Shown: in pieces, positions 19,312 to 29,516 of the stretch | How the letters are laid out: each line of letters begins with the position of its first letter | Position numbering within the stretch: position 1 is the stretch's first letter | DNA from: a virus | Lineage: Duplodnaviria; Caudoviricetes | Length of the DNA: 62,493 nucleotides | Virus record (IMG/VR): IMGVR_UViG_3300044617_002031 | Coordinates: 1-62,493 of that record | Direction: 5' to 3' (one strand) | Notes under the pieces: generated by a model | The model's database searches: none | Told to the model about the DNA's origin: nothing | What the model saw: the letters and a program-made list of their open reading frames with translations, nothing else | Program-made: the position numbers and the translations under genes

Positions 19312-20637
19312 TTAAGTTGGTTGTTGCGGATCGTTTTTTCCATCCATTGACTTACCATCAGCAAATTTATTCCCAACTTCAGGTGGTAATGGATTTTCTT
19401 TAACCCTGCGTCTAGCCTCATCCTTGGTAATAATATTTTCTTTAAATAGGTCACGGGCAACAGAAGCCTCCTCGGATTCTTTGCGGGGTTCGGTGTCACT
19501 GATTTTAATAGCATATCCTGGTTGGTAATAGTTAACCAGGTTTGTACTCAATGCCTTGAGGTAAAGAGTGCTGACAGGGAGAATGGATTCTTGGAAAGTG
19601 CGATCGCTTGCCGTATCTAGTGTTGCCCGATTATCGTGAGGATCAACCCCAAAATCTCGCTTGTCAATATTGAAACACAGGGCAATGATATTGGCTAGAT
19701 AATTCGTAAACTCTAACATCAAATCATCAACGGTTTTTGCCCCTAATTTTTTAATATCAATATCACCCGAAACAATTTCATGCTTGCCTGTTCCCGTAAC
19801 ATTGTTTCTCCAGTGAGATCTAAATAATTCAAGTTCTTCTTGAGTCCCATCTTTTAAACAAATCAAATAATCCCTAACAGGGTTAGAAGCCACTCGATTC
19901 TGATAATTCCTGGCTTCAGACCACTCGCACATTTCCTTGTAAGCCAACTTAGCAGGAGACATCGCTGACAGACTACCGTTACTTACCCTGTGCTGAATCA
20001 TGAAAATATTTTCCGAGAAATAAGCACGGGATTTTTCGTAAATCACTTTCCCCCACTGATTTTGGGGATAATAATAAAACTGTGGGATTAACCCTTCGAT
20101 ATGTGGCTCCCACTCAGGATTAAAGACTAAATCTTCTGCGGGCAGAGAATACCAACTAAATGAATTGGCTTTAGGATCATTACTTATACCAGGCTGACGT
20201 TCAATAAAAGTTGTCCCAAAAATCAACAAATCCTTAATAGCTTTTTTAGTCGTTTCAAAATAAGTTCCTTGAGGAAAAAAGTTTGGACTTTCAATTGATG
20301 CCTCAATTCGGATGATTTTCTCGTCAACCACATCCGAATCATCTTTATTCTTGTGATCGTAAACCGTCCAAGGCAACAAAGCTACGCCGTCACTAACTTT
20401 CTCTAATGCCTTTGCAAACAAAGGTTGCTGCTCACACCATTGTCGAAACTGCTTAGGGGTAAAATCCTCAACTCGCTCTGGGTTCCTTTTTCTTGCAAAA
20501 CTCGCGTTAAAATTATCGTTATAAATATCAATCTTATTAGGGCGATCCCACCCAACTAAATTTGTAAGTCGGTAATCGGGAAGTCCTGGGGTTGTTTCTT
20601 CGGGTAAATTATAATCGTAATTGGATGGGTATGTCAT
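19312..20637 (-). CDS. Portal protein
   Basis: 441 aa; DLLIFGTTFIER, SP..LA, IIALCFNID...G, ITKDEARR...PLP are HK97-like portal motifs. Confidence 0.9.
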   Translation of the reverse strand: MTYPSNYDYNLPEETTPGLPDYRLTNLVGWDRPNKIDIYNDNFNASFARKRNPERVEDFTPKQFRQWCEQQPLFAKALEKVSDGVALLPWTVYDHKNKDDSDVVDEKIIRIEASIESPNFFPQGTYFETTKKAIKDLLIFGTTFIERQPGISNDPKANSFSWYSLPAEDLVFNPEWEPHIEGLIPQFYYYPQNQWGKVIYEKSRAYFSENIFMIQHRVSNGSLSAMSPAKLAYKEMCEWSEARNYQNRVASNPVRDYLICLKDGTQEELELFRSHWRNNVTGTGKHEIVSGDIDIKKLGAKTVDDLMLEFTNYLANIIALCFNIDKRDFGVDPHDNRATLDTASDRTFQESILPVSTLYLKALSTNLVNYYQPGYAIKISDTEPRKESEEASVARDLFKENIITKDEARRRVKENPLPPEVGNKFADGKSMDGKNDPQQPT

Positions 20638-20908
20638 GAGTTTAGAAGAATTGCAGAAACGCAGAATGAATCGACCATCCGCCCCTGTGATTTATGGGAG
20701 GGATATTTCAAGGATACCTCATGAAACTACAGTTTATGACGGTAGACCCCTCCCAGTTTTCCTTTTGGACAATGACGGAAACCCTGACAAATTCCGCCAA
20801 TTCCTTTGGAATAACCGAGTGGGGTCTGTTTACGACGATCTAAAGGCAGGTCAAGAAGTGAAAATATTAAATCAATCCAATTCCTTCTCGAAATATATAG
20901 AAAATTAA
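20636..20908 (+). CDS. LysM/P2 gpX-like baseplate protein
   Basis: L...DGNPDKFRQFLWNN...DLKAGQEVKI fits the LysM/gpX pattern. Confidence 0.55.
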   Translation: MSLEELQKRRMNRPSAPVIYGRDISRIPHETTVYDGRPLPVFLLDNDGNPDKFRQFLWNNRVGSVYDDLKAGQEVKILNQSNSFSKYIEN

Positions 20909-21373
20909 TTATTTTGACTTCGGCTGATTATTTTCAATCAGTGTAATAATTGAAGTCAGTTGATTTTTGATTTGTTCCAGATTGTCTTCTCTCAAAGAAA
21001 TTTGAATTATTGTTGAGATATGGCTAAAAAGTAAGTTGCGATTACTGATTTCGGATTTTAAGTCAATAATTTGTTCCTTGAGAACTGCTATTGTATCGTT
21101 CGCCGATATAATCCTAATTTCATTTTCTGAGATTTTTTGATCTTTTTGCTGATTTTGAAGACTAATTTCTTCTAGTCGCATTTTGTTGTTTACAATAGCG
21201 GTTTTGGTTGTATCTTGATTTAATCTTACAAACTGAGCAATAATCAACGGAATTGTTGAAATAAAAATAGATGCTAAAGCTATTAGTTCATTGTTGAAAT
21301 CACGATTATAAATATCTACCGGAGCGCGATCGCCTGTAGAAGAAGGTGTTACTTGACTCAACGTAAAAGGCAT
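20909..21373 (-). CDS. Membrane protein with coiled coil (holin/lysis-like)
   Basis: Start reassigned to MPFTLS (TAATG overlap with upstream stop); one TM helix plus coiled coil. Confidence 0.6.
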   Translation of the reverse strand: MPFTLSQVTPSSTGDRAPVDIYNRDFNNELIALASIFISTIPLIIAQFVRLNQDTTKTAIVNNKMRLEEISLQNQQKDQKISENEIRIISANDTIAVLKEQIIDLKSEISNRNLLFSHISTIIQISLREDNLEQIKNQLTSIITLIENNQPKSK

Positions 21374-21897
21374 TAATAATATTCCTTGAGATATTTTACC
21401 CACCGATGGCGAAAAGTATAACCAGAGATTAAGCAAAAAGTTATCAAAAGCATCTGCAACTTTGATCCAAGAATAATTGCTATTGGCAATCTTACGAATA
21501 AAAGAAATAAAGTGCAAACGAAAGAAAATAATAGATACCATCTCATTTTATCTCCATCAGGGGGAATAATATACAAACCAATAGCACCTCCTCCTAGCCC
21601 TAACATAAAGCCCCTGAAAAGACTAACATTCTGACTCAAGAAAACAAAAACCCCTACAAATATTTGGTGGTTTTGAATGGATTCATTGGTTTTGATATAC
21701 GCAAAAATTTCATCTCCCATACTAAAAGAGTTCCAAAACAATGCTGTAACAAACATTAAAAATGCTTCAGGATTGTTGGCAATATGCTTAACCACAGTGG
21801 AGACGCAAACAAAAATCGTTGCGTATTCTTTTCCCAGAAGAACCCTTCTGGTTGTATTCCATCTTGACATACCAGTTTCCTTAATCATTTTTTCCAT
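21373..21897 (-). CDS. Multi-pass membrane protein (holin candidate)
   Basis: Several hydrophobic helices. Confidence 0.6.
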   Translation of the reverse strand: MEKMIKETGMSRWNTTRRVLLGKEYATIFVCVSTVVKHIANNPEAFLMFVTALFWNSFSMGDEIFAYIKTNESIQNHQIFVGVFVFLSQNVSLFRGFMLGLGGGAIGLYIIPPDGDKMRWYLLFSFVCTLFLLFVRLPIAIILGSKLQMLLITFCLISGYTFRHRWVKYLKEYY

Positions 21898-22147
21898 AGA
21901 TAATCGCTTTCAATTCGGCAATAAGCTGAATACAGAAGAATAAATTAAAAAACGTTGTTGCCACTAAAATAATCTCAAAAATATCCCGATTTACAGTAGA
22001 TATAATTGCATCGCAAGACTGAATACCTAAACCAATCAGCAAGGGGCTGAGTTGCCTAGACAACGTTCGTTTATCTTGCTTCAGTATAACTCCAATAGAT
22101 ATTACGAGTAAGCCGTGAATCAATAGGAGAAAAAAGATGATAATCAT
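21881..22147 (-). CDS. Small 3-TM membrane protein (holin candidate)
   Basis: 88 aa, highly hydrophobic. Confidence 0.6.
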   Translation of the reverse strand: MIIIFFLLLIHGLLVISIGVILKQDKRTLSRQLSPLLIGLGIQSCDAIISTVNRDIFEIILVATTFFNLFFCIQLIAELKAIIYGKND

Positions 22148-22149
22148 GT

Positions 22150-22452
22150 TTATTTCTTTATAAGTATTAACTTATATTTGCCAACGGTAGGTGGTACAGA
22201 AAAAATGATTGTCAACTGTTCTTTCTCTGGGTAAAAGTCCGCTTCCACTTGTTCACCTGATTCGTTATCAATAACCCACCAATTTATAATCTCAAATCCG
22301 GTTTTAACTACAAAAGTCTTGCTTGAACCGTTGCCTAGATTTAATCTTACGATCTCAGATTCGCGCTCACAGTGCAAATCAAATAAATGATTTGCACAAT
22401 TTTGATGTAAAGGCAAGTTAGATATCGGAGCAACAGATACAGATATTGCCAT
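22150..22452 (-). CDS. Small fibre-associated beta protein
   Basis: LGNG...F.V...I.FS.PP....Y matches the C-termini of 25389-26294 and 26310-27170. Confidence 0.65.
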   Translation of the reverse strand: MAISVSVAPISNLPLHQNCANHLFDLHCERESEIVRLNLGNGSSKTFVVKTGFEIINWWVIDNESGEQVEADFYPEKEQLTIIFSVPPTVGKYKLILIKK

Positions 22453-22453
22453 A

Positions 22454-23416
22454 TTAAACTCCTAAGATTCCGAGTGATATCAAGTCATCAATCAAGGCTT
22501 TTAGCCTTTCTGCGACTTGAGTTGTTGTGGCAGTTGATGTTGCGATCGCTGATCTTGTAGCAGTTCCAGTTGAAGCTGTCCATCCAGTTCTTGATGGATT
22601 AGAACCTGCGATCGCTCGACCATAGGCATCAACCTGAACCGAACGATAGGTTCCTGCAACAACTCCTGTTGTTGCTAAGTCAATACTGTCAGGATTAACT
22701 ACAATCCGAGAACTGGAAGCAGTCACAACATCTACTACATCACCAGTGCGAGTCAATCCGGCTCCCCCAGCAACTTGTCCTGCTGCGGTAACTTGGGTAA
22801 ACGTCAAGGCAGTGGTATCTAAAGTAATAGGATTAGCTGTAATTAATACAAATCCTCGATTTGCATTAACAGTCCCTTCCGACACAAAAGCATAAATTCC
22901 ATTAACAACCTCTGCACTTGTATCAGCATCCGTTGTGCGAGTTAAAACCCATGCGACCGATCCCGAACCCACCGTTGTTACGGTATAAATCCCATTTTGG
23001 GTTCCAGTTGTTTGATTTTTAACTAATACTCGATTACCAACAGCTAAAGCCACTCCATCAATTGATAAAGCCGACAAGGCTCCTGTATTGGTTAGGGTTT
23101 TGTTTGTACCATTATAGGAAGAAGTTAAGTTGGCAGTTGTCGCAACTCGAACTGACACTAAAACCTTTAACCCTGAAATTAAGGTGTCAACGGTATTTTC
23201 TAACTCAAAGATTCGGCTTTGGAGGGCAATGATTGCACTTGAATTTGATAGTACGGTTTCAGTGACTTCCTCTTTAGCTAAGGAAAATCCTCCCAATTGA
23301 ATACCATCATGTATTCTGGCTGTTTTTCTTTCTAAATCAATAGTTAATTCACCCTCCGATCCCATATATACGTTGTTTTTGGCTGTCGTCCCCCTTTTGT
23401 GTTTTACAGTTGGCAT
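22454..23416 (-). CDS. Fibre protein with Mtd-N-like N-terminus
   Basis: KRGTT...GE.T.D...IHDG...GG; VRVATTANL...RVLVKNQT..QNGIY domain. Confidence 0.8.
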   Translation of the reverse strand: MPTVKHKRGTTAKNNVYMGSEGELTIDLERKTARIHDGIQLGGFSLAKEEVTETVLSNSSAIIALQSRIFELENTVDTLISGLKVLVSVRVATTANLTSSYNGTNKTLTNTGALSALSIDGVALAVGNRVLVKNQTTGTQNGIYTVTTVGSGSVAWVLTRTTDADTSAEVVNGIYAFVSEGTVNANRGFVLITANPITLDTTALTFTQVTAAGQVAGGAGLTRTGDVVDVVTASSSRIVVNPDSIDLATTGVVAGTYRSVQVDAYGRAIAGSNPSRTGWTASTGTATRSAIATSTATTTQVAERLKALIDDLISLGILGV

Positions 23417-25095
23417 TACAACATCACACCCCCATCAATAACAGCCAAAGCAGTCATCACAAAAGCTGTTGTTGCTAATTGAGTCGTACTTGTCTCGGCA
23501 GCAGCAGTAGGGGCAGTTGGAGTTCCTGTTAATGCGGGGGATGCTAATGGTGCGGCATCCGTAATCCCATATCCAGCTAATGTTGTGGGGTTGGTTCCTG
23601 CCGTTGCTCGACCATAGGTATCAATAGTTAAAGAGCGATAGGTTCCTCCTGCAATCCCAGTTGTTGCTAAATCAATATTGTCAGCATTAATTACAATTCG
23701 GCCCGTGGAAGCCGTACCAACATCAATTGAGTTTCCGGTCTTAGTTAAACCCGTACCCGCAGTGATTTGTCCTACTGCTGATTGAACAAAAGCCGTTGTT
23801 GCTAATTGAGTCGTATTTGTCGCTACAGTGGCAGTAGGGGCGGTTGGAGTTCCTGTTAATGCGGGGGATGCCAATGGTGCGGCATCGGTAATCCCGTATC
23901 CGGCTAATGTCGTGGGGTTGGTTCCTGCTGTCGCTCGACCATAGGTATCAATAGTTAAAGAGCGATAGGTTCCTCCTACAATCCCAGTTGTAGCTAGATC
24001 GATATTATCAGGATTAACTACAATTCGGCCCGTGGAAGCTGTACCAACATCAATTGAGTTTCCGGTCTTAGTTAAACCTGTACCCGCAGTGATTTGTCCG
24101 GCCCCACTAAATTGAGTCCAAGCTAAAGCGGTGGTATCAAGAGTAATTGGAGCATTTGTCGCTAAAACAAATCCCGCATCTGCATTAGTAGTCCCTTCTG
24201 AGACAAAAACAAAAGTTCCCGTAGGTAATTCACTGCTTAAATTCGCGTCAGTAGCGCGAGTCAAAGTCCAAGCAACCGCTCCTGAACCCACTGCTGTTAC
24301 AGTATAAATTCCATTCTGACTAGCAGTGGTTTGATCTTTAACTAAAACTCGATCATTAAGAGCTAAAGTTACACCATCCAAAACGAGAGCAACTAAGGTT
24401 CCCGTATTCGTAAGAATCTGAGAAGCGTAAGATGCAGTTAAATTAGCAGTTGTAGCAACTCTAGTCGCATCTTTTACATTCAATCCCTGTCGAGCAGCGT
24501 CAGTCGCGGCTTGGACAAAAGCCGTTGTTGCTAATTGAGTTGTATTTGTCCCGGCAGTAGCAGTAGGGGCAGTTGGAGTTCCTGTTAATGCGGGGGATGC
24601 TAAGGGTGCAGCATTCGTAATACCATATCCAGCTAATGTCGTGGGCTTACTTGCTACTTCCGCAAATGCAACATCTCCCCAGGTAATTGATCCTGCTGTT
24701 GCGCCAGCCTTTAGAACCTTGAGGTTATTACCTGTTCCTGTCGCTGGGACATGGAGACTACCATCTGCTGTTGGGTGAATGTAATTGTTAGCATTCGCTT
24801 CAATTCCATCAATTTTTGATTTATCGGAAGCAGATAAAAATCCTGACAATCCCGTTGTTGCATCACTGTGAGAGTGAATTGCATCAGCCTTACCAGCTAA
24901 AGAAACTGTCAAGTTAGAAACATCTGCGATCGCGTGAACGTGGGTGGCTTTTGCTAAAGCTGTCCCACCTGGAGTTGTCCCATCGTGTACGCGAACATTT
25001 TTAACATCTGTGTCAACAGTAATTTCTCCCGATTGACCCGTGTAAACATCATTTTTTGCGGTCGTACCACGCTTCAAAAGAATTGTATTCGGCAT
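23416..25095 (-). CDS. Fibre protein with Mtd-N-like N-terminus and internal repeats
   Basis: HxH motifs, three copies of APLASPALTGTPTAPTA..TTQLATTAFV, RVATTANL domain. Confidence 0.85.
   Translation of the reverse strand: MPNTILLKRGTTAKNDVYTGQSGEITVDTDVKNVRVHDGTTPGGTALAKATHVHAIADVSNLTVSLAGKADAIHSHSDATTGLSGFLSASDKSKIDGIEANANNYIHPTADGSLHVPATGTGNNLKVLKAGATAGSITWGDVAFAEVASKPTTLAGYGITNAAPLASPALTGTPTAPTATAGTNTTQLATTAFVQAATDAARQGLNVKDATRVATTANLTASYASQILTNTGTLVALVLDGVTLALNDRVLVKDQTTASQNGIYTVTAVGSGAVAWTLTRATDANLSSELPTGTFVFVSEGTTNADAGFVLATNAPITLDTTALAWTQFSGAGQITAGTGLTKTGNSIDVGTASTGRIVVNPDNIDLATTGIVGGTYRSLTIDTYGRATAGTNPTTLAGYGITDAAPLASPALTGTPTAPTATVATNTTQLATTAFVQSAVGQITAGTGLTKTGNSIDVGTASTGRIVINADNIDLATTGIAGGTYRSLTIDTYGRATAGTNPTTLAGYGITDAAPLASPALTGTPTAPTAAAETSTTQLATTAFVMTALAVIDGGVML
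23461..24098. repeat. ~327-bp (109 aa) tandem duplication within the fibre gene
   Basis: GQITAGTGLTKTGNSIDV...TTAFV occurs twice. Confidence 0.9.
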
Positions 25096-25097
25096 GA

Positions 25098-25310
25098 CTA
25101 AAGTAATCCTCCATCTAGTGTTTGGTGTGTTAAATAAAACTCAATATTATTTATGTCTCCAATTTCATGATCGTGAATAATATCAGCTTTTTTGTTCAAT
25201 TCTTCCTGCAATTTAGCGATTATTACTACGTTGCTTGGATCATTCCCTTGGGAGACGTTGAGAATTGTATTTTGACTTAAATCTAGGTTCGATAAAACTC
25301 TAATTGACAT
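25098..25310 (-). CDS. Small fibre-related protein
   Basis: NLDLSQN.I.NV, KAD..HDH, LDGG motifs shared with neighbours. Confidence 0.65.
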   Translation of the reverse strand: MSIRVLSNLDLSQNTILNVSQGNDPSNVVIIAKLQEELNKKADIIHDHEIGDINNIEFYLTHQTLDGGLL

Positions 25311-25388
25311 AAGATTACTACCTGTTTACAAAAAAATATGGCTAAATGATTAGCACAGTTAACCATATTTTTCAAACCTTAATCTTAA

Positions 25389-26294
25389 TTACGCTGCTTT
25401 GTTAACAGCGACCATCACAAGTTTGTATGCGTTAGAGGTAGGAGCAGAACCAAAGGTTACTGAAACTGCATTAGCAGACACTCGTTTGATTTGTGCTTGA
25501 GCAAACTCACCGTCAGACACGCGAATCAGGGCTGGCATAGCAGCTAAATCGGTGTTTAAGTTGTGAGTGACTGTATAAGTAGTGTCCACGCCATTACCAA
25601 CTAAAGCGGTAAATTCTTCCGCAGCACCCAAGGTTTTACGAGCTTGAGCAACACTGGCGTACTGAAGAACTCCTCCTCCAGTTAATTCCAGTCCCGTCGA
25701 ACTAGCAACGGATAAATCGTGGATCGAACGAAACTTCTGAAAGGTTAATGCAGTGGTTCCAAGGGAAATTGCATCTGCTGTGATCAGCATCCAAATAACT
25801 TGGTTTAACAGATCGCCACCCGTAACACCAACCAACATCCCGTTGGTCATTTCGGCATCGGCATTGGCATCTGCGGAACGTTGTAAACCAACCCCGGCCA
25901 CAACCTCATAAATACCATTCTGAGATGCGTCAGTTTGGGCAGTTAACAGAACCCGAATTCCAGCACTCAAGGTAACACCTTGAATAGCAGTTCCGATCAG
26001 TGCCACGCCGGAAGCTAAGTTCACGTCAGTAGTCGCAGCAACTTGAACAGAGTCTTTGAAGTCGCGGTTATTAACAGCAGCTTGAACTTGTGCTTCTAAG
26101 GTTGCGATCGCGCTAGACAGGTTGGTTTCAACGGTATCAACACGACCATCAACAGTGTCAATACCAGTTTGAAGGATACCAGTTTCAGTGTCTAATTTTG
26201 TTTTGGTGATCGCAGAAGTAGGATCGATGGAATCAACAACCCCCACAATGGGGTTACTAGACATATCAACACTGTTCTGAAATAAAATAGCCAT
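25389..26294 (-). CDS. Fibre/collar protein
   Basis: Coiled coil; KDSVQVAATT...RVLL..QT..QNGIY; C-terminal GNG...THNLNT domain. Confidence 0.8.
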   Translation of the reverse strand: MAILFQNSVDMSSNPIVGVVDSIDPTSAITKTKLDTETGILQTGIDTVDGRVDTVETNLSSAIATLEAQVQAAVNNRDFKDSVQVAATTDVNLASGVALIGTAIQGVTLSAGIRVLLTAQTDASQNGIYEVVAGVGLQRSADANADAEMTNGMLVGVTGGDLLNQVIWMLITADAISLGTTALTFQKFRSIHDLSVASSTGLELTGGGVLQYASVAQARKTLGAAEEFTALVGNGVDTTYTVTHNLNTDLAAMPALIRVSDGEFAQAQIKRVSANAVSVTFGSAPTSNAYKLVMVAVNKAA

Positions 26295-26309
26295 ATATCT
26301 TCCTTAAAC

Positions 26310-27170
26310 TTAGGTAAAACAATTGTTGTAGGATGGACTTACTGCTCCTAAAATCGAAACTGCAATTGAGTTAAGAGCAGGAGGAGCAGAAAATTCAACT
26401 CGGATAGTATTTTCATCAACCGGATACTCCTCAGCAAAAATTGTTGACTGGGGATGAGTCCGATCAAAGACCTTAACGAATGGATATAATTGACCGAGAT
26501 TGTGTTGAAAAAGGAAAGATGTTTCGATCCCGTCCCCAACATAATCAAAAGAAATTTGTTCCACACATCCGAGATTTTTACGAGCAGTTCTTGGGTTGTC
26601 AGCGCCCGTCCCACCCTTACAAATCGGAAGAATTGCAAAGGTGCTGCTCACTCGTTCATAGGTGAGAATACTCTCCCCTAAAACAATCGGGTTGGGCGCA
26701 CTGATTAGTTTCCAGATACCGGGATAATCGCCTTCTAAAACCTCAATTTCCATCCCTGGAAATTCAGATGCTTCATTAGCGTCAATAGATCGTTGCCAAG
26801 CTCCGCTTCCTACGACAAAGATGCCATTATTAACTCCATTTGCTGTCAATAAAACGCGATCGCCTGCCACCAATCCCACACCTTGAACAGCGATTTGCCC
26901 ACCTGTTTGAATGTTGACGGGTTCTGTTATCGCCAGAGCAACAGGGACTTTCTTGTTCTGTGAGGAAATAGTTGCTTTTAAAGCCTGGAGTTCCTGGTTA
27001 ACAGCGTTTAAAAGTTGGGCGTAATTCAAGAGTTGAATTTGTGCCGATTCCAAACGAGATTCTATGGCTGTTATGTAATCTAATCGGACTGCATCGGCAG
27101 GAGCAGATGCGATCGCAAGATTAGAAATCCGGTTACTGTTGGCATCTAAGTCAGAAGCGAGACGTGGCAT
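26310..27170 (-). CDS. Fibre/collar protein
   Basis: GDRVLL...NGIF...WQRS.DA; LPI.KGGTGA...ARKNLG; QHNLG domain. Confidence 0.8.
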   Translation of the reverse strand: MPRLASDLDANSNRISNLAIASAPADAVRLDYITAIESRLESAQIQLLNYAQLLNAVNQELQALKATISSQNKKVPVALAITEPVNIQTGGQIAVQGVGLVAGDRVLLTANGVNNGIFVVGSGAWQRSIDANEASEFPGMEIEVLEGDYPGIWKLISAPNPIVLGESILTYERVSSTFAILPICKGGTGADNPRTARKNLGCVEQISFDYVGDGIETSFLFQHNLGQLYPFVKVFDRTHPQSTIFAEEYPVDENTIRVEFSAPPALNSIAVSILGAVSPSYNNCFT

Positions 27171-27182
27171 TATTCATTACCT

Positions 27183-27446
27183 CTAAGATGTAATTGGCAA
27201 CAGATCCAGAACATCTGAAGATAAAAGACCTTCATCAATATGAGCCTGTAAGCTATTGCGAACGTCAATTATCGGAGTTTCTTCTGGTAACTCACTCAAA
27301 GGAGGGTAATAACACAAAAGGTCATCACGCAAACACAATACAAGGGGACTTGTAGCATCTAAAACTCCAACACTGGTGTTGTAGGATGCTTTTTCGATAA
27401 TAGCTACATACCCACGATCATTGATGGTATAAATCAGTTTTCCCAT
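27183..27446 (-). CDS. Hypothetical protein (fibre chaperone candidate)
   Basis: 87 aa directly after the beta-helix fibre gene. Confidence 0.6.
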   Translation of the reverse strand: MGKLIYTINDRGYVAIIEKASYNTSVGVLDATSPLVLCLRDDLLCYYPPLSELPEETPIIDVRNSLQAHIDEGLLSSDVLDLLPITS

Positions 27447-27482
27447 GACTTTATTGTTAATAAAATAAACAGCAATTAAAAG

Positions 27483-28637
27483 CTAAACAGAGACACCAAC
27501 AACAAAACCTTGTTGATTATTGTTTTCTAGTTTCTTACCCAAAATGTTGCCTGTAGTTGCTGCATCTGAACCAACAACTTTGATTAATCCTCCGTCAGAC
27601 CTGTAACCATACTGACTATTATTTTGAGAGACACAATTGGGTGCTGTAATTTCCCCGTATACGCTATAAAAACCACACCCCCCATTCGAGACAGCAATCA
27701 ACGCAATTGAGCTTATTAAATTACCCGCATATAAATACAAACCATGCCCACTATTACCATAAGAACGTATGGATGCCAATGAATAAATAGAACCCATTAC
27801 GGAATACAGTCCATAACTTACGTTCCCAGATAAATAAACAACAGAACCAGTGGATGTATTGATTACAGACCCGTAATTAAGTAGCCCCTGATTGCTTGCA
27901 GAAAGCAAAACAATTCCGTCCAACAATAAGTGATTGGTGTATGCCGAGATAGCATTATTGAAGTACATAAATGCACTGTCTCGGATAACGCATCTAGCCC
28001 CTCTAAACAGTGCTATACCATCTTTATTTAACGAGGTTTTGTTTTGAGCATAAACTAAACAATAAAATAAGCAAAAATTAGTATTGTCAAGGATAATGGA
28101 ACCTCCATCCGCAATAACAATACTACTTTGAAATATTGATTGTAGGTGATTAAATAGATTGGCGTTACTCCCCGTAGTGGAACTACTACTCGATCTATTT
28201 GAGCTTGTCGTTTGAGATACGATACTTGCAACCCCGCTAAAATCGGGGGCTGAAGCCCCCTCAATTTTTATGTCACAAGAATGTTTTATATTTATAGTGC
28301 CACTAACTATATGATCTCCAGCACTTAGCTTGATGGTTGTATAATCACCAGCCCAATAATAATTAGAAAGAAATGCAACTGCATTTGCGATCGTATTAAA
28401 TGGGGCTGAAATGTTGTCAATAGGATTCGTTGGGTTACTCGATCCACTACTGGGATTGACATAAACAGTAAACCCCGAACTCCTTACTTTTGTAGTTACA
28501 ATTGTTTCAAGAGATGCTAAGGTTGATGTTTTGAAAGTCGTATTTTCCGATCTAACCAACCCTAATTCTCCGTTAACAACATCAGTTAACTCTGTTGTTG
28601 CAGACACTAAATTTGCAACTTGTTGCTCTAAAGTCAT
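27483..28637 (-). CDS. Tail spike/fibre with right-handed beta-helix (depolymerase-like)
   Basis: VYVNP..G...PF.TI..A...TIKL.AG followed by N..YG repeats. Confidence 0.75.
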   Translation of the reverse strand: MTLEQQVANLVSATTELTDVVNGELGLVRSENTTFKTSTLASLETIVTTKVRSSGFTVYVNPSSGSSNPTNPIDNISAPFNTIANAVAFLSNYYWAGDYTTIKLSAGDHIVSGTINIKHSCDIKIEGASAPDFSGVASIVSQTTSSNRSSSSSTTGSNANLFNHLQSIFQSSIVIADGGSIILDNTNFCLFYCLVYAQNKTSLNKDGIALFRGARCVIRDSAFMYFNNAISAYTNHLLLDGIVLLSASNQGLLNYGSVINTSTGSVVYLSGNVSYGLYSVMGSIYSLASIRSYGNSGHGLYLYAGNLISSIALIAVSNGGCGFYSVYGEITAPNCVSQNNSQYGYRSDGGLIKVVGSDAATTGNILGKKLENNNQQGFVVGVSV

Positions 28638-29008
28638 AGTAAATTTTGTGTATTATTTTGGACTTGCAATTCGATTCGATGTCTTGATAGTAATATTTGT
28701 GTTTGACTAGCAATAATTGAAGTGGCAAATTGGCAAATTATTTCTTGCCGCCTTGTGGCTTCAATATCAATCATTACTTGTTTGTCAAATAAATATTTAA
28801 CTTTTTGAGTTTGCTCCTTGATTAAAGAAGTTGCTAATTGAATTGCCAACCCGCGTACCTGAACAAATTCACACTTCAGTTCCCCAATTTCCTGTCGAAC
28901 TTCTAACAGGGTAGATGTGACCTGTGCTGAAAGAGCCGCGATCGCACCTGGTAAAGAAACTGGATTACTAGATGAGCCAGAAAGAGGTAATTCGCAAGGT
29001 AAAGGCAT
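28634..29008 (-). CDS. Tail-associated hypothetical protein
   Basis: GAGGAG RBS before MPLPCE; repeated QxATSxIxxQTQ. Confidence 0.65.
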   Translation of the reverse strand: MPLPCELPLSGSSSNPVSLPGAIAALSAQVTSTLLEVRQEIGELKCEFVQVRGLAIQLATSLIKEQTQKVKYLFDKQVMIDIEATRRQEIICQFATSIIASQTQILLSRHRIELQVQNNTQNLL

Positions 29009-29026
29009 AAATCTCCTCTTGAACAA

Positions 29027-29062
29027 CAAAACCCCTGGAAAATTGATTTTCCAGGGGTTTTG
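29027..29062. terminator. Hairpin
   Basis: aaaacccctggaaaa-ttga-ttttccaggggtttt. Confidence 0.7.
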
Positions 29063-29135
29063 GGTCAGGTATTAAAATACTTCAGTTGTCTAAATCATAG
29101 CACCTCAAAAATAAAATGACAAGTCCAGTTTTTTG

Positions 29136-29516
29136 TTAGTCGCTACAAGGCGCAACTACACTATTCGGGACTACAGGCTCTAACGTTGCCGACTGCCAAG
29201 ATTGAATGTGGGCAGCTAGGCAGGTCAGACTTGCTAGTAACTCATTGTATTGTGCCATTGTAACCAATTCCGTCCCAGACAGCAACTCGTCAACACTAAT
29301 CGCAGTTAGTGGGGATGGTAGTCGATCTAGTTTGATCAAATTGGTGTTAGCAGCCGCAATCAAGGCTTTTTCGGCTTTTTGTTGGGCTGCAAGGAATTGA
29401 AGCTGAGTATCCGACCAACGTTCCTCTAGGTGACTAAGAAGATCAGAAGGATCGGGAGCTAAATTTTCTTGGGGAAAATCTAAGGGATAATAAACCGGAT
29501 TAGAGTAAGAAGTCAT
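29136..29516 (-). CDS. Tail-associated hypothetical protein
   Basis: 126 aa; overlaps the upstream stop codon. Confidence 0.65.
   Translation of the reverse strand: MTSYSNPVYYPLDFPQENLAPDPSDLLSHLEERWSDTQLQFLAAQQKAEKALIAAANTNLIKLDRLPSPLTAISVDELLSGTELVTMAQYNELLASLTCLAAHIQSWQSATLEPVVPNSVVAPCSD

Noticed and set aside
21374-21541. Long overlap between two membrane-protein genes
   Set aside because: Resolved by using the TAATG-coupled start at 21373.
22454-25095. Diversity-generating retroelement, suggested by Mtd-N-like domains and near-identical repeats
   Set aside because: No reverse transcriptase in the window. The repeats are in-frame coding duplications, and I saw no adenine-specific TR/VR pattern.
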